Positions 19,553 through 29,604 of a stretch of DNA of 64,000 nt are shown piece after piece. Position 1 is the first letter of the stretch. Every line of letters begins with the position of its first letter. A program made the position numbers and the translations under genes. The stretch lies in IMG/VR virus record IMGVR_UViG_647533160_000003; one strand, written 5' to 3'. Origin of the DNA: a virus (Duplodnaviria > Heunggongvirae > Uroviricota > Caudoviricetes). The notes beneath the pieces were generated by a model. That model was not told the origin of the DNA, made no database searches, and was given only the letters and a program-made list of their open reading frames with translations.

Positions 19553-20214
19553 GCAAATACATCATCAACGTATCGTTTCAGACACGCGTAAATAAAACCA
19601 CGCGCACGTTGGAAATCGCTGAGTCGTTCGGGCTTGGCCTGGACGAAAAAGAGTGGACGCTTTACGACAATCTGGAGCTGGAAGTGAAGCAGGGCGATGT
19701 GGTGTACATCACCGGCCAATCCGGTTCCGGCAAATCCGTTGTGCTGCGCGAGTTGCAACGCCAGATGAAGAATGAAGGGCTTTCTGTAGCCTCCATCGAT
19801 GATTTTACCTTCGATAATGAGGTTAACGTCATCGATCAGTTGGGCAAAACGACCAGTGATGCGCTTGGGTTGTTATCTATGGCTGGTCTGAACGATGCAT
19901 ATCTGTTTGTTCGCAAGCCTTCTGAAATGTCAGACGGCCAGAAATATCGTCTCAAGATTGCCAAACTGATTGAGTCAGGCGCTAAAGTATGGGCTGCTGA
20001 CGAGTTCGGCGCTGTTCTCGACCGTGTAACCGCTCAGGTTGTGGCGTCTAACCTCCAGCGTGCCGCTCGAAAGGTTGGTGCGACGGTAATGGTGGCGACG
20101 ACTCACGAAGACCTGAAGAACGCGCTGCGCCCGGATATGCAGATCACCAAGCACTACAAAGAACGCGTGAAGGTGGAATATCACAATGGTAGTCATGATG
20201 AGGTCCATTCATGA
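19549..20214 (+). CDS. ABC-type ATPase domain protein
   Basis: Walker A 'GQSGSGKS', signature-like 'SDGQKYRL', Walker B 'VWAADEF', H-loop 'ATTHED'. Confidence 0.65.
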   Translation: MSKYIINVSFQTRVNKTTRTLEIAESFGLGLDEKEWTLYDNLELEVKQGDVVYITGQSGSGKSVVLRELQRQMKNEGLSVASIDDFTFDNEVNVIDQLGKTTSDALGLLSMAGLNDAYLFVRKPSEMSDGQKYRLKIAKLIESGAKVWAADEFGAVLDRVTAQVVASNLQRAARKVGATVMVATTHEDLKNALRPDMQITKHYKERVKVEYHNGSHDEVHS

Positions 20215-21101
20215 CGGACATCATCATTAAACGCTACCGCCCTGAAGAGTTTCCGCGTCATCTGGACTTTCTGGAGCGAATGACTGTTACAAAGGGAACT
20301 GTAGAGGACTGGCACGCTCTTAAGTCGCTTCACTACAAAACAGACGGCAAACCTTTCGCGCCAACTTACTATCGCTGCGAACTTGATGACCGTCTGGTGG
20401 GCGTCGTGGTTATGGCTTACCCGAAACTACTGTTGGCACCTCGCCACCGCATGTTTCCTAAGTTGAAACCAACCACTAATACCACCGTGGCTAACCAGTA
20501 CTGGGGTCGGTACGTGAATAACAACTTTGCGGTGATCAGTCGCTCAGTTGTGGATACTCAGTATCGTGGCGTAGGCGTCTCTTATCGAATGATTAACCTG
20601 GTTAGCAGGATGCATGACCGGCCAATCATTGAGATCCAGTCCTCGATGAGCAAATACAATCCCTTCGCCATGAAAGCAGGGTTTAAGTTCATCCGCCCTG
20701 AGCGACCGAAGAGCTATGAAAGTGCACTGCGTGTATTCCAGCGCCATTTCCGTTCCGACCCGGGTGATAACGAGGCGATCGTCAAAGAGTTGTTCGCAAT
20801 GAGCGAGTCCCGTCGTCGCCGTGCACTGCGTGATCTGGTGGCGGACTACCACAAGAACAGTTCCCTGGCAAAAGCTGGGAGGAATCGTGGCACGACAATT
20901 CAGGACATTGCCGACAGTCTGGTGGACGAGGCCAGCATTGTGAAGCTGCTCAAGGACATTCACAACCTGAGCTTTACGTCTCCGTTGTATGGTGTGTATC
21001 GAAACCCTGACTTTGGTCGTCGACTGCCTGACACGCTGCCACTGCTGGCATTCGACAAACAACCTTTGGATAAACCGTTAGAAATTGCTTTACCGGCATA
21101 A
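20211..21101 (+). CDS. Hypothetical protein with GNAT-like acetyltransferase motif
   Basis: 'VVDTQYRGVGVSYRM' resembles GNAT motif A (Q/R-x-x-G-x-G/A); overlaps upstream stop. Confidence 0.4.
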   Translation: MTDIIIKRYRPEEFPRHLDFLERMTVTKGTVEDWHALKSLHYKTDGKPFAPTYYRCELDDRLVGVVVMAYPKLLLAPRHRMFPKLKPTTNTTVANQYWGRYVNNNFAVISRSVVDTQYRGVGVSYRMINLVSRMHDRPIIEIQSSMSKYNPFAMKAGFKFIRPERPKSYESALRVFQRHFRSDPGDNEAIVKELFAMSESRRRRALRDLVADYHKNSSLAKAGRNRGTTIQDIADSLVDEASIVKLLKDIHNLSFTSPLYGVYRNPDFGRRLPDTLPLLAFDKQPLDKPLEIALPA

Positions 21102-21110
21102 GGATTTGCC

Positions 21111-21377
21111 ATGACGTTAACCGACAAACAAAAGGACATCATCAAAACGCTCAATCTCGGTTATGAGCGAGGTCATCTACTTGATCTGGACGAATTGCTT
21201 GAAGTTTTGCCGTACAAGACAACCAAGCAAAGTATCCAGTTCTCAATTCGCGCTCTGATAAAAAAGGGGCTGGTGGAGAAAGGGCATACGCGCCAACGCA
21301 GTGACAATCGCTATCACCGCCGAACTCTTGGGTTAACCACTTTAGGTCGAGCCAAAGCGAAGTTACTGGTGATGTAA
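21111..21377 (+). CDS. Small basic protein, possible winged-helix regulator
   Basis: 88-aa ORF; followed by long palindromic element 21401-21457. Confidence 0.4.
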   Translation: MTLTDKQKDIIKTLNLGYERGHLLDLDELLEVLPYKTTKQSIQFSIRALIKKGLVEKGHTRQRSDNRYHRRTLGLTTLGRAKAKLLVM

Positions 21378-21400
21378 TCGGTCTGGGAGCTTATTTAAAG

Positions 21401-21457
21401 ACCTGCTTCTGTATATATAAATAATAAGTAACTTATTAAATATATACGGAAGCAGGC
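21401..21457. repeat. Long palindromic hairpin element, copy 1 (acctgcttctgtatata...tatacggaagcagg)
   Basis: ~17-bp stem with AT-rich ~25-nt loop; near-identical copy at 55339-55393. Confidence 0.8.
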
Positions 21458-21495
21458 TTAATAAGACATGCCCAGACCTAATTAAACACCCCAGA

Positions 21496-21533
21496 AAACA
21501 AATTGGTTAGCATATGCAGTAAACAAGTTGTTT
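21496..21533. promoter_or_regulatory. Two 13-bp palindrome-family sites (7, 8) upstream of terminase small subunit gene
   Basis: aaacaaattggtt and aaacaagttgttt. Confidence 0.55.
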
Positions 21534-21573
21534 TAGAGCGCATGGACGCGCTCTGTGTGTTTTAGAGGGATCT

Positions 21574-22206
21574 ATGACGGTCGAAAAAGACGAGGTAAAA
21601 ACTCGCCTGACACCAGCGGAGTGGGCCGAAGCTGAAGCCAAATGGACGTCAGGCGAATATACACTCTCAAAGCTGGAGGAAGAGTACGGCATTCGTCGTG
21701 AAACACTCTCCAGACATTTCAAAAAGCGAGGATTAGAGAAAGGCGCGGACTCTGTTGGGAAGATGGTTCGTGAGTCTCTTAAATCTGACGCAGAGCTTCG
21801 CGCTAAAGCCCGTGCGGAAAAGATAGAAGAACGTCGTACACGTTATGACGGCTGGGCGTATGCGTTGGGGCAGATGGTGATGGTCGAAGTCACTACGGCC
21901 AAACGTGAGGGTAAGCCTTTAGGGGCGATTGAGGATTCTCTCAAGAGCTTACAGAGAGCCAGTAATACCCTTGCAAAATGCTTTGAAGTTTCGTCCAAAG
22001 CATTGGGCATGGATCATGCGGAAAATGACGAGGAAGAAATTCCGAACCTGGTATTTGGTGAGCTTACGCCTTCCCAGGTGGCGAAATTACGTCAGGAAGA
22101 CGACGAGCCTGAAATCATCGATGACGAATTGCTTGAGACGTTGGAAGAAGAAGCTCTAAGCGAATTTGGTGCGACAGATGATGGAAGTGAAGGGGAGGAC
22201 GAATAA
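21574..22206 (+). CDS. Terminase small subunit (putative)
   Basis: Position immediately upstream of large terminase; basic N-terminal region, highly acidic C-terminus. Confidence 0.6.
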   Translation: MTVEKDEVKTRLTPAEWAEAEAKWTSGEYTLSKLEEEYGIRRETLSRHFKKRGLEKGADSVGKMVRESLKSDAELRAKARAEKIEERRTRYDGWAYALGQMVMVEVTTAKREGKPLGAIEDSLKSLQRASNTLAKCFEVSSKALGMDHAENDEEEIPNLVFGELTPSQVAKLRQEDDEPEIIDDELLETLEEEALSEFGATDDGSEGEDE

Positions 22207-23462
22207 TGGCAATCCCGTCCTCGCTCAGTCTTGTGCAACTGCATTCTGGACAGATGAAAGTCTTCCAGTCTCCGCATCGATTTAAAGTTGTTTGTGCTGG
22301 TCGACGCTGGGGAAAATCCCGGTTGTCGATCTCCACTATTATTCGTGCGGCGGCAAAGGAAAAAAAGCAAAGAGTCTGGTATGTCGCTCCTACTTACCAG
22401 ATGGCTCGCCAGATTTTGTGGGACGATCTACAGGAAGTTCTGCCTCGTAAGTGGGTTAGGAAAAAGAACGACACCACGATGACAATCGTGTTGAAGAACG
22501 GTTCGGAGATCGCCCTCAAAGGTGCTGATAAGCCTGACACTCTGCGCGGCGTAGCGTTGCATTTTGTAGTGCTTGATGAATTTCAGGATATGAAGGCTGA
22601 CACCTGGTACAAGGTGTTACGACCTACTCTTTCATCGACACGCGGCGGTGCACTGATCATTGGTACGCCAAAAGGCTTCTCGGAATTTCACAAACTGTGG
22701 ACTATAGGCCAGAACGTAGAGCTGCAAAGAAAGGGACAGTGGAAGAGCTGGCAGTTTGTAACTGCTGATTCGCCGTTTGTGCCTACGGCGGAAATTGAAG
22801 CTGCTAAGAACGATATGGACCCTAAATCGTTTGCTCAGGAGTACCTGGCCAGCTTTGAAAATATGTCCGGGCGCGTTTACTACCCGTTCGATCGAAACGT
22901 GCATGTTAAACCGCTTCAGTTCAACCCTCGGTTGCCTATATGGGTAGGACAGGACTTCAACATTGACCCGATGTCTTCCGTAATTTTGCAACCTCAGCCA
23001 AATGGTGAGCTATGGGCAATTGATGAATTGGTGCTCTTTTCCTCTAACACGGCAGAGGTTTGTGATGAGCTTGAGAGGCGCTTCTGGCGCTGGAAATCAC
23101 AGATAACGGTATTTCCAGATCCGGCAGGTGCTTATCGCCAACATGCTCGCGGGGAGTCTGACGTAGACATATTCAAAGAGAAGGGATTCTTACGTGTCGA
23201 TTATTCGAAAAAGCACCCGCCAATTGCGGATCGTGTTAATGCTGTTAACCGAATGCTGATGACCGCATCTGGAGATATCCGGCTGTATATCGATCCGAAG
23301 TGCAAGCATTTGATTGATTCACTGGAAAAGGTCATCTACAAGCCTGGAACACGAGATATGGATAAGACAGGTGGCATTGAGCATAGTGCAGACGCATTGG
23401 GCTATCCAGTACATCGTAGGTATCCAGTCAAAAACCGTGTTATTCTTGGTGGTTCTCGATAG
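22206..23462 (+). CDS. Terminase large subunit
   Basis: Walker A 'CAGRRWGKSRL', Walker B 'HFVVLDEFQDM', C-terminal nuclease-like region; overlaps upstream stop. Confidence 0.85.
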   Translation: MAIPSSLSLVQLHSGQMKVFQSPHRFKVVCAGRRWGKSRLSISTIIRAAAKEKKQRVWYVAPTYQMARQILWDDLQEVLPRKWVRKKNDTTMTIVLKNGSEIALKGADKPDTLRGVALHFVVLDEFQDMKADTWYKVLRPTLSSTRGGALIIGTPKGFSEFHKLWTIGQNVELQRKGQWKSWQFVTADSPFVPTAEIEAAKNDMDPKSFAQEYLASFENMSGRVYYPFDRNVHVKPLQFNPRLPIWVGQDFNIDPMSSVILQPQPNGELWAIDELVLFSSNTAEVCDELERRFWRWKSQITVFPDPAGAYRQHARGESDVDIFKEKGFLRVDYSKKHPPIADRVNAVNRMLMTASGDIRLYIDPKCKHLIDSLEKVIYKPGTRDMDKTGGIEHSADALGYPVHRRYPVKNRVILGGSR

Positions 23463-23489
23463 GTAAGCAGTTATCTAAGGGGTATTCAA

Positions 23490-25064
23490 ATGGAATTGAA
23501 CGACAAACAAATTAAAGATCTGGTGGCGCGACGCCACCCGGAATACGAAAAGAAAAAAGAACATTGGGACTTCCTCGCCAGCACTTACGCTGGCGGGCGT
23601 GGTTGGTTTACAGACAATATCTTTCGTTACTTTAAAGAGGGAGATCAGGAGTTTAAGGAGCGAGTTGAGCGTGCTTATCGCTTCAACCACACTCGTGAGG
23701 TGGTAAACCTCATCAACAAATATCTCTTTAAAGAAGACATTCATAGAAATATCGAAGAGGCACCAGAGCAGATCCGCAATTTCTGGAAACGTGCGACTCG
23801 CCAGAATGCCTCTATTGACTCATTTATGGCCGCTATTGATTTGCAGTCGTCTATTTACGGTCGCATATGGGTTGTTGTCGATAGCACGATGAGTGGTGAT
23901 GTTGAGTCAGTAGCTGACGAGAAAAAGAAAGATGCTCGCGCCTACGCCTACTGGATTTCACCTCAGCAAATGCTGGATGTGGCATGGGACGACGACGGGA
24001 ATATGTTGTGGGCGTTAATTGTGGAAGTCGCTCGTGATGACGCAGATCCTTTTACTTCTACAGGTCAGGAATACCAACGTTATCGTCTGTGGACACAAAA
24101 CGAGTGGTATCTGTTCCGTGAGGAAGTGAAGAAGGGCGCTGGTGGAGCAGGTCGCCGTCAGGCAAAAGTTATTTTAGAGGATAGCGGTGCGCATAATCTC
24201 GGCGTAGTTCCTGTGTTTCCTGTTGATTGTATTGGAGAAAGTGAATCACCGTATTTCAGCCCATCGTTGATCGATGATATCGCTTATCTTGATCGTGCGG
24301 TTGCAAACTATCTGTCAAACCTTGATGCCATTATTCAGGATCAGACATTTAGCCAGTTGGCTATACCGGTACAGTCGCTTTTACCTGGTGATGAAAACCA
24401 CACTAAAGTGCTTGAAATGGGCACAAAGCGAGTCTTCACCTACGATTCTGAAGGTGGAAACCAGCCGTTTTATCTGTCACCAGACCCGAAACAAGCTCAG
24501 ATGATCATCACTACGATTAAGACGGTGATTAACGAAATCTACCATTCAGTTGGTGTAGCTGGTGAGCGAACGAAGCAGGACAACGCACAGGGAATCGATA
24601 ACTCATCTGGTGCCGCAAAAATGTATGACTTCCAGCGTGTAAATAGCTTGCTTGTCACAAAAGCAGAGCGTCTGGAAAGGGCTGAACGCCAAATCATGCT
24701 ACTGGTTGCGAAATGGATGGGGGTAGATCTGGACGAAGACCACTCATTAATTGCGTATCCAGAAAGTTTCGATATTCGTGGCCTTACTGATGAATTTTCT
24801 GTTGCCGAGAAACTGTCGTTACTTCAGGCACCGGACTCTGTACGTCGTCACCAGATGGAAATGCTTATTGAGAAGATTTTCCCGAACATTACTGAGGCGA
24901 TGAAAAAGGAATTTGATAAAGATCTCTTGAATTTTCCGCCAAAAAATGATCTAAATACCCTTGAAAATAAGTCAGTACTTACTTATGATCGTGGTGCGGC
25001 CCAAGAAAGCGGGCAAGATCAACCCCGAGGGAATGGGGACTCATCTACTCAAGAGAACGAGTGA
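23490..25064 (+). CDS. Portal protein
   Basis: 524-aa ORF directly after terminase; size and gene order. Confidence 0.7.
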   Translation: MELNDKQIKDLVARRHPEYEKKKEHWDFLASTYAGGRGWFTDNIFRYFKEGDQEFKERVERAYRFNHTREVVNLINKYLFKEDIHRNIEEAPEQIRNFWKRATRQNASIDSFMAAIDLQSSIYGRIWVVVDSTMSGDVESVADEKKKDARAYAYWISPQQMLDVAWDDDGNMLWALIVEVARDDADPFTSTGQEYQRYRLWTQNEWYLFREEVKKGAGGAGRRQAKVILEDSGAHNLGVVPVFPVDCIGESESPYFSPSLIDDIAYLDRAVANYLSNLDAIIQDQTFSQLAIPVQSLLPGDENHTKVLEMGTKRVFTYDSEGGNQPFYLSPDPKQAQMIITTIKTVINEIYHSVGVAGERTKQDNAQGIDNSSGAAKMYDFQRVNSLLVTKAERLERAERQIMLLVAKWMGVDLDEDHSLIAYPESFDIRGLTDEFSVAEKLSLLQAPDSVRRHQMEMLIEKIFPNITEAMKKEFDKDLLNFPPKNDLNTLENKSVLTYDRGAAQESGQDQPRGNGDSSTQENE

Positions 25065-25085
25065 TAAGTAACAAAGGGAATTTTT

Positions 25086-25973
25086 ATGAAACTGTGGCAA
25101 ATGCTTTTGGCCCGTCGTGGTCTGATGGATGTTGCTGAAGCGCATGAGCGTGGAGGCGCTGGCGGTGTAGCTGCTGATAATGAGCAGAGTACACAAGATC
25201 CTGACAAACAGGGTGAACAAAAAGAGCAGCCGAAGGGTGATGACGAATACGCTGGCATGACTCATGAAGAGTTACTGGCCGAACTTCGTAAAACCAAGAA
25301 AGCTGGTGCTGAACTGCTGAAAGAGAACATGAAGCGCAAAGAGAAAGAGCGCACATTGGCCGATCAGCTTGCTCAGTACGGTGATATCGACCCGGCGCGT
25401 GCTCGCCAGCTTTTAGAAGCTGAACAGGCCGCAGAAAATGCACGTCGTGAGGCGGAGCAAGCTGAACTGGAGCGTCGTGGTGAGTTCGATGCTGTTAAAA
25501 AACAGATGATCGAAGCACACCAGGCAGAGCTGGCACAGCGTGACGAACGTTATGCAGCACTGGAAAGTGAAAACGCATCACTGAAATCTCAATTAGTCGA
25601 GATGACCGTGGGCGCTTCCTTCAGTAACTCTCTCTTCCTACGTGACAAAGTTCTGATGACTCCGGCAAAAGCCCGCGTGATCTACGGTTCTCATTTTGAA
25701 GTGGGTGAAGACGGTAGCGTAGTGGGTTATGACAAACCGGCAGGTCATAAAGAACGAGCTGTTCTGGTTGACGGTGAAGGTAAGCCGTTGCCGTTTGAAT
25801 CCGCGATTGAACGCATTGTGCGGGCAGATCCGGAAGCTGACGCATTGATGCGTAGCGAAGCCAAGCAGGGTGTAGGCTCACATTCTAAATCGACCTACAC
25901 AATATCCCAACCGAAGAACAAGTCGACTATGGATAAGTTGGCCTCCGGTCTGGGGAAAATTGGACTTAAGTAA
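25086..25973 (+). CDS. Head scaffolding protein (putative)
   Basis: Charged, coiled-coil-rich (E/A/R/K) 295-aa protein between portal and capsid genes. Confidence 0.55.
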   Translation: MKLWQMLLARRGLMDVAEAHERGGAGGVAADNEQSTQDPDKQGEQKEQPKGDDEYAGMTHEELLAELRKTKKAGAELLKENMKRKEKERTLADQLAQYGDIDPARARQLLEAEQAAENARREAEQAELERRGEFDAVKKQMIEAHQAELAQRDERYAALESENASLKSQLVEMTVGASFSNSLFLRDKVLMTPAKARVIYGSHFEVGEDGSVVGYDKPAGHKERAVLVDGEGKPLPFESAIERIVRADPEADALMRSEAKQGVGSHSKSTYTISQPKNKSTMDKLASGLGKIGLK

Positions 25974-25998
25974 CATCTAAATCAAAGGGAATTGATAG

Positions 25999-26874
25999 AT
26001 GCCATTACTGCGTGAAGAAGCTGAAAAGCTGTCTAACAACGAACTCGAACAGGGTGTGATCGAAACTATCATTGATCGCGATGACCTGTTTGCCATCTTG
26101 CCTTTTATGAAAATTAATTCAAAGGCATATCTGTACAATCGTGAAAAAACGCTGAGTGAAGCTACCTTCATCGACGTTAACGACACCATCCCGGAAGGTG
26201 CAGCAACCTTCGAAGAATGCGTTGCGAAACTGCGTATTCTGGCTGGTGACGTAGACGTTGATAAATTCCTGGCAACCACTATGGCCGACACCAATAACCA
26301 GTTGGCTATTCAGGTTCGTCAGAAAGTTAAAGGTCTGGCTCGTGCGTTCCGCCGCAACCTGATTTTGGGTGACTCCAGCTCCAACAACAAAGCGTTTGAC
26401 GGCATTCCACGCCTGATGCACGCAGATCAGAAGATCGACATTGCAGGTGCATCTATGACTTTCTCCATGTTCGACGAACTGGTCGATGCGGTGAAAGATC
26501 TTGGTGCTGACTGCATCATGATGCGTTCAGAGCACCTTCGTGCTTACCGTGCGCTGCTGCGTACAGTAAACGTAGGTCCGTCTGAAATCATGATGGAGAA
26601 CTTCGGTCGTCCGATGCTGTGTCATAACGGCGTTCCGTTCATCATCAACGACTTCATCCCGACCGATTCTGGCAAAGCAAGCATCTACTGCCTGCATCTG
26701 TCAGAAGAGAACGGCGTTACTGGTCTGTATGGCGGCGATAACGCAGGTATCGTTGTTGAAAACATTGGTACTGTACAGAACAAAGACGCAGTACGTACCC
26801 GTGTGAAGTGGTACTGCTCTCTGGCGAATAAGCACGATAAGGCTATCGCTGCACTGACCAATGTAAAAATTTAA
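25999..26874 (+). CDS. Major capsid protein (putative)
   Basis: Gene order after scaffold; followed by strong terminator at 26909-26934. Confidence 0.6.
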   Translation: MPLLREEAEKLSNNELEQGVIETIIDRDDLFAILPFMKINSKAYLYNREKTLSEATFIDVNDTIPEGAATFEECVAKLRILAGDVDVDKFLATTMADTNNQLAIQVRQKVKGLARAFRRNLILGDSSSNNKAFDGIPRLMHADQKIDIAGASMTFSMFDELVDAVKDLGADCIMMRSEHLRAYRALLRTVNVGPSEIMMENFGRPMLCHNGVPFIINDFIPTDSGKASIYCLHLSEENGVTGLYGGDNAGIVVENIGTVQNKDAVRTRVKWYCSLANKHDKAIAALTNVKI

Positions 26875-26908
26875 TCAGTGTGATAGATAAGTAATTATCT
26901 ATGTTTAA

Positions 26909-26934
26909 GGGTGGGCTATACGCCCACCCTTTTT
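26909..26934 (+). terminator. Rho-independent terminator after capsid gene
   Basis: gggtgggc-tata-cgcccaccc + TTTTT. Confidence 0.75.
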
Positions 26935-26947
26935 GTAGGAGCGAGAA

Positions 26948-27868
26948 ATGCCAGAACAAAAGATGAAGATTACGGAAGAGGCATTTTCGGATTTTACGGG
27001 GCATATGTGCCGTGCCGGATTTACCAATTCTATCTCCGATGAACCTTTAACCGAGCGGCAACAAAGTCAGCTATCTGCTTGTTTGCAGGCGGTTCCCCTC
27101 TCCCAATCCGTAAACATAACCCCGGCTTCACCGTCAGTTTTGGTTGGGAAAACTGTTCAACTTAGTGCAGGTATTAGTATGGGTAAGAGTGCCAGTTCAT
27201 TCACCTGGAAGTCAGCCAATGATCAAATTGCAACCGTCAACGGCACTGGATTAGTAACTGGCGTAGCACCAGGCAAAGTGAAAATTACCGCAACTGATCA
27301 GGAAACCCAGCTTTCCGCTTCAGTGGAAGTCACCGTAAATCCGGTAGCCGTTCAATCCGTAACGGTAACGCCAGACTCAACCTCTGTTGAGAAAGGGAAA
27401 TCAGTCAGTCTGAAAGCGAATGTTCAGCCGTCAAATGCGACGAATAAGGCTGTTACCTGGTCTTCCAAAAATGAAGATAAGGCAACGGTAGACCAGAGCG
27501 GGAACGTTACTGGTGTAGAAGTTGGCACTGCGACGATTGAGATCGTTTCCCAAGATGGCAGCAAAAAGGCAACTGCAACGGTGGAAGTAACTGCGCCTGT
27601 TGTGGCTGTTACCGGCGTCGAAATCGACCCAAATAGCACAACCGTTGAGGCAAACAAAACTGTTCAGCTGACCGCAAATGTCGAGCCGGCAGGAGCAACA
27701 AATAAAACCGTTACTTGGGAATCCAAAAATACCGAATTTGCAACGGTGGATAGCGAAACCGGTGTTGTAACTGGCGTTGCGGCTGGTACTGCCACAATCG
27801 AGGTTACTACCCAAGATGGTAGCCACAAAGCGACAGCGACCGTAGAGGTCACTGCTGCACAGGAATAA
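26948..27868 (+). CDS. Ig-like (Big_2-type) domain protein, probable head decoration protein
   Basis: Three tandem ~85-aa Ig-like repeats (VTV.P.S.SVE.GK...L.A.V.P..ATNK.VTW.S...ATVD..G.VTGV..GTATI). Confidence 0.6.
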   Translation: MPEQKMKITEEAFSDFTGHMCRAGFTNSISDEPLTERQQSQLSACLQAVPLSQSVNITPASPSVLVGKTVQLSAGISMGKSASSFTWKSANDQIATVNGTGLVTGVAPGKVKITATDQETQLSASVEVTVNPVAVQSVTVTPDSTSVEKGKSVSLKANVQPSNATNKAVTWSSKNEDKATVDQSGNVTGVEVGTATIEIVSQDGSKKATATVEVTAPVVAVTGVEIDPNSTTVEANKTVQLTANVEPAGATNKTVTWESKNTEFATVDSETGVVTGVAAGTATIEVTTQDGSHKATATVEVTAAQE

Positions 27869-27912
27869 TCAATATTGGGCGGCGAAAGCCGCCCATGTAG
27901 AGAGAATGCGTT

Positions 27913-28347
27913 ATGAAACCAGCAAAAATTGTTTTATTAGAACCGCAATTTTCCGGTTATTCGGGAATGCTGTGCGGCGTTCAGTTCGAGAACGGGGTAT
28001 CCGTAGCGGAGTTGCCTTTTATCGATCAGCAGAGGATTTGTGCTTCAATGCGAGCGTCAACAGTAGAGGGTAAAAATGTTTCTCCGTCTGCCGCATACAG
28101 TGATCGTGGCGAATTGACCGCAGACCTGATTACCGAGCCAGCAGCACCTGACATTGTGCCAATGAAACGTGGGACACCAGATGAACCGGCCAAACAGATC
28201 CAGACTTTCACACGAGAAGAGTTGGAGTCAATTGCAGACAATGAAGGCATTGCCGGTCTACGTGTGATTGGTAATCAGGTTGGTGTCAAAGCGAAAGGAA
28301 TTGTCGAGATGATTGAAGGCATCCTGAAAGCACAAGGCGGTGAGTAA
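27913..28347 (+). CDS. Hypothetical head-associated protein
   Basis: ORF in head morphogenesis block. Confidence 0.4.
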   Translation: MKPAKIVLLEPQFSGYSGMLCGVQFENGVSVAELPFIDQQRICASMRASTVEGKNVSPSAAYSDRGELTADLITEPAAPDIVPMKRGTPDEPAKQIQTFTREELESIADNEGIAGLRVIGNQVGVKAKGIVEMIEGILKAQGGE

Positions 28348-29180
28348 TGGCGCAGATCGACTCGTATCGTAGCGGTGAAGCTGTTTCTCTTTCATTTGCC
28401 TTCAACGTGCTGGATATCGAATCTGCCACCTACACAGTAAAGGACAGCACCGGGGCTATTCTCGTTGATGGCGAGCCGCTAGAAATTACCAGCGGTCAAA
28501 TGTCGATTCCGGTTGTCGTGTCGGCTGAATATAACCAGCTCTCTGAGAAAGAACGCGATCTGCGGTACGTCATTGTGAAGGCTGTTGCATCGGGCCTGAC
28601 GCATGAAGAGCGTCAAATGTATGTTCTGCTGAATAGTTTTGAACTGTCGATACCAGAACAGTCGTTTGCAACTGTCGCTGATGCTCAAATGCAGGCGATC
28701 GATATGCTGAATGGGGACACTTTGCTGTCGGATGGTGAAGGCTTAATGCGCAAGCGTCTCATTGAGGCTACCAGACGAATTAAAACTTTACCGTTCTCAA
28801 TCCGCAAAATTCTACGTATCGACTTTGACCGATACGATCGCCCTCAAAATATGCTGAATGTGTATGACATTCCGTGGGGAGCAGATGGAGCGTACCGGCA
28901 TGATTTAGTCGATTGGGAAAAGATGACGCAAGAGAAGTTTGAAGAGTTCCCTGACTACTTCAAAGAAGCGTTGATGCTTGCCGTTGTCAACGAAGCGTGT
29001 GAGATCGCAAATGGCAATGATGTTGCCGCAGCACGAGAGGATGGCATTTTGTCAGAGTCAATCGGCGAAACAACCAACATGTACCGTACCGGTAAAGCTG
29101 CAAACGTGCATGTGGCTCGCAGTACCTGGCGCTTGCTGGTCAGTTACATCAACAACCGTATGATTGTTCGCCGTGCGTAA
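28347..29180 (+). CDS. Hypothetical head/connector protein
   Basis: ORF in morphogenesis block; start overlaps upstream stop. Confidence 0.4.
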   Translation: MAQIDSYRSGEAVSLSFAFNVLDIESATYTVKDSTGAILVDGEPLEITSGQMSIPVVVSAEYNQLSEKERDLRYVIVKAVASGLTHEERQMYVLLNSFELSIPEQSFATVADAQMQAIDMLNGDTLLSDGEGLMRKRLIEATRRIKTLPFSIRKILRIDFDRYDRPQNMLNVYDIPWGADGAYRHDLVDWEKMTQEKFEEFPDYFKEALMLAVVNEACEIANGNDVAAAREDGILSESIGETTNMYRTGKAANVHVARSTWRLLVSYINNRMIVRRA

Positions 29181-29259
29181 CGCCAGTCGCATTATTTACT
29201 TTTGGTCTAAAGGGTTTTTGGCCAGTAATGAGAGCGACCGACAACAACAGGGAGAGAGC

Positions 29260-29604
29260 ATGAATATTTCATGGCAAACAGAAATTGCGATCTACCGCTT
29301 TGGCGCAAAGAACGTTTACGGTGAGGCGCAATTACAATTCGTCAGGAAGACGAATGTCGGCGTGGTTAAGTTCGAACAGAGTAATGAGAAATCGTCAGTT
29401 CGTGCTGATAGCTCTGGTAGTCGTGGTAAGGCGAGTCTGGAGCTGTTTGATGCTGTGTTAGTTGTCCCTTTAGAAGCGGCTGTACAACTTGATGATGTGC
29501 TGATCCTTGAAGGTCAAAAATTAAAGGTGTCCAGTGTTCATCGTCGCTGGGGGCTACGAGGAAGACCTGGGCATCTTGAAGTGGGGGCGAATATATGGGT
29601 CTGA
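29260..29604 (+). CDS. Head-tail joining protein (putative)
   Basis: ATG 29260 with AGGGAGAGAG RBS; position. Confidence 0.4.
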   Translation: MNISWQTEIAIYRFGAKNVYGEAQLQFVRKTNVGVVKFEQSNEKSSVRADSSGSRGKASLELFDAVLVVPLEAAVQLDDVLILEGQKLKVSSVHRRWGLRGRPGHLEVGANIWV

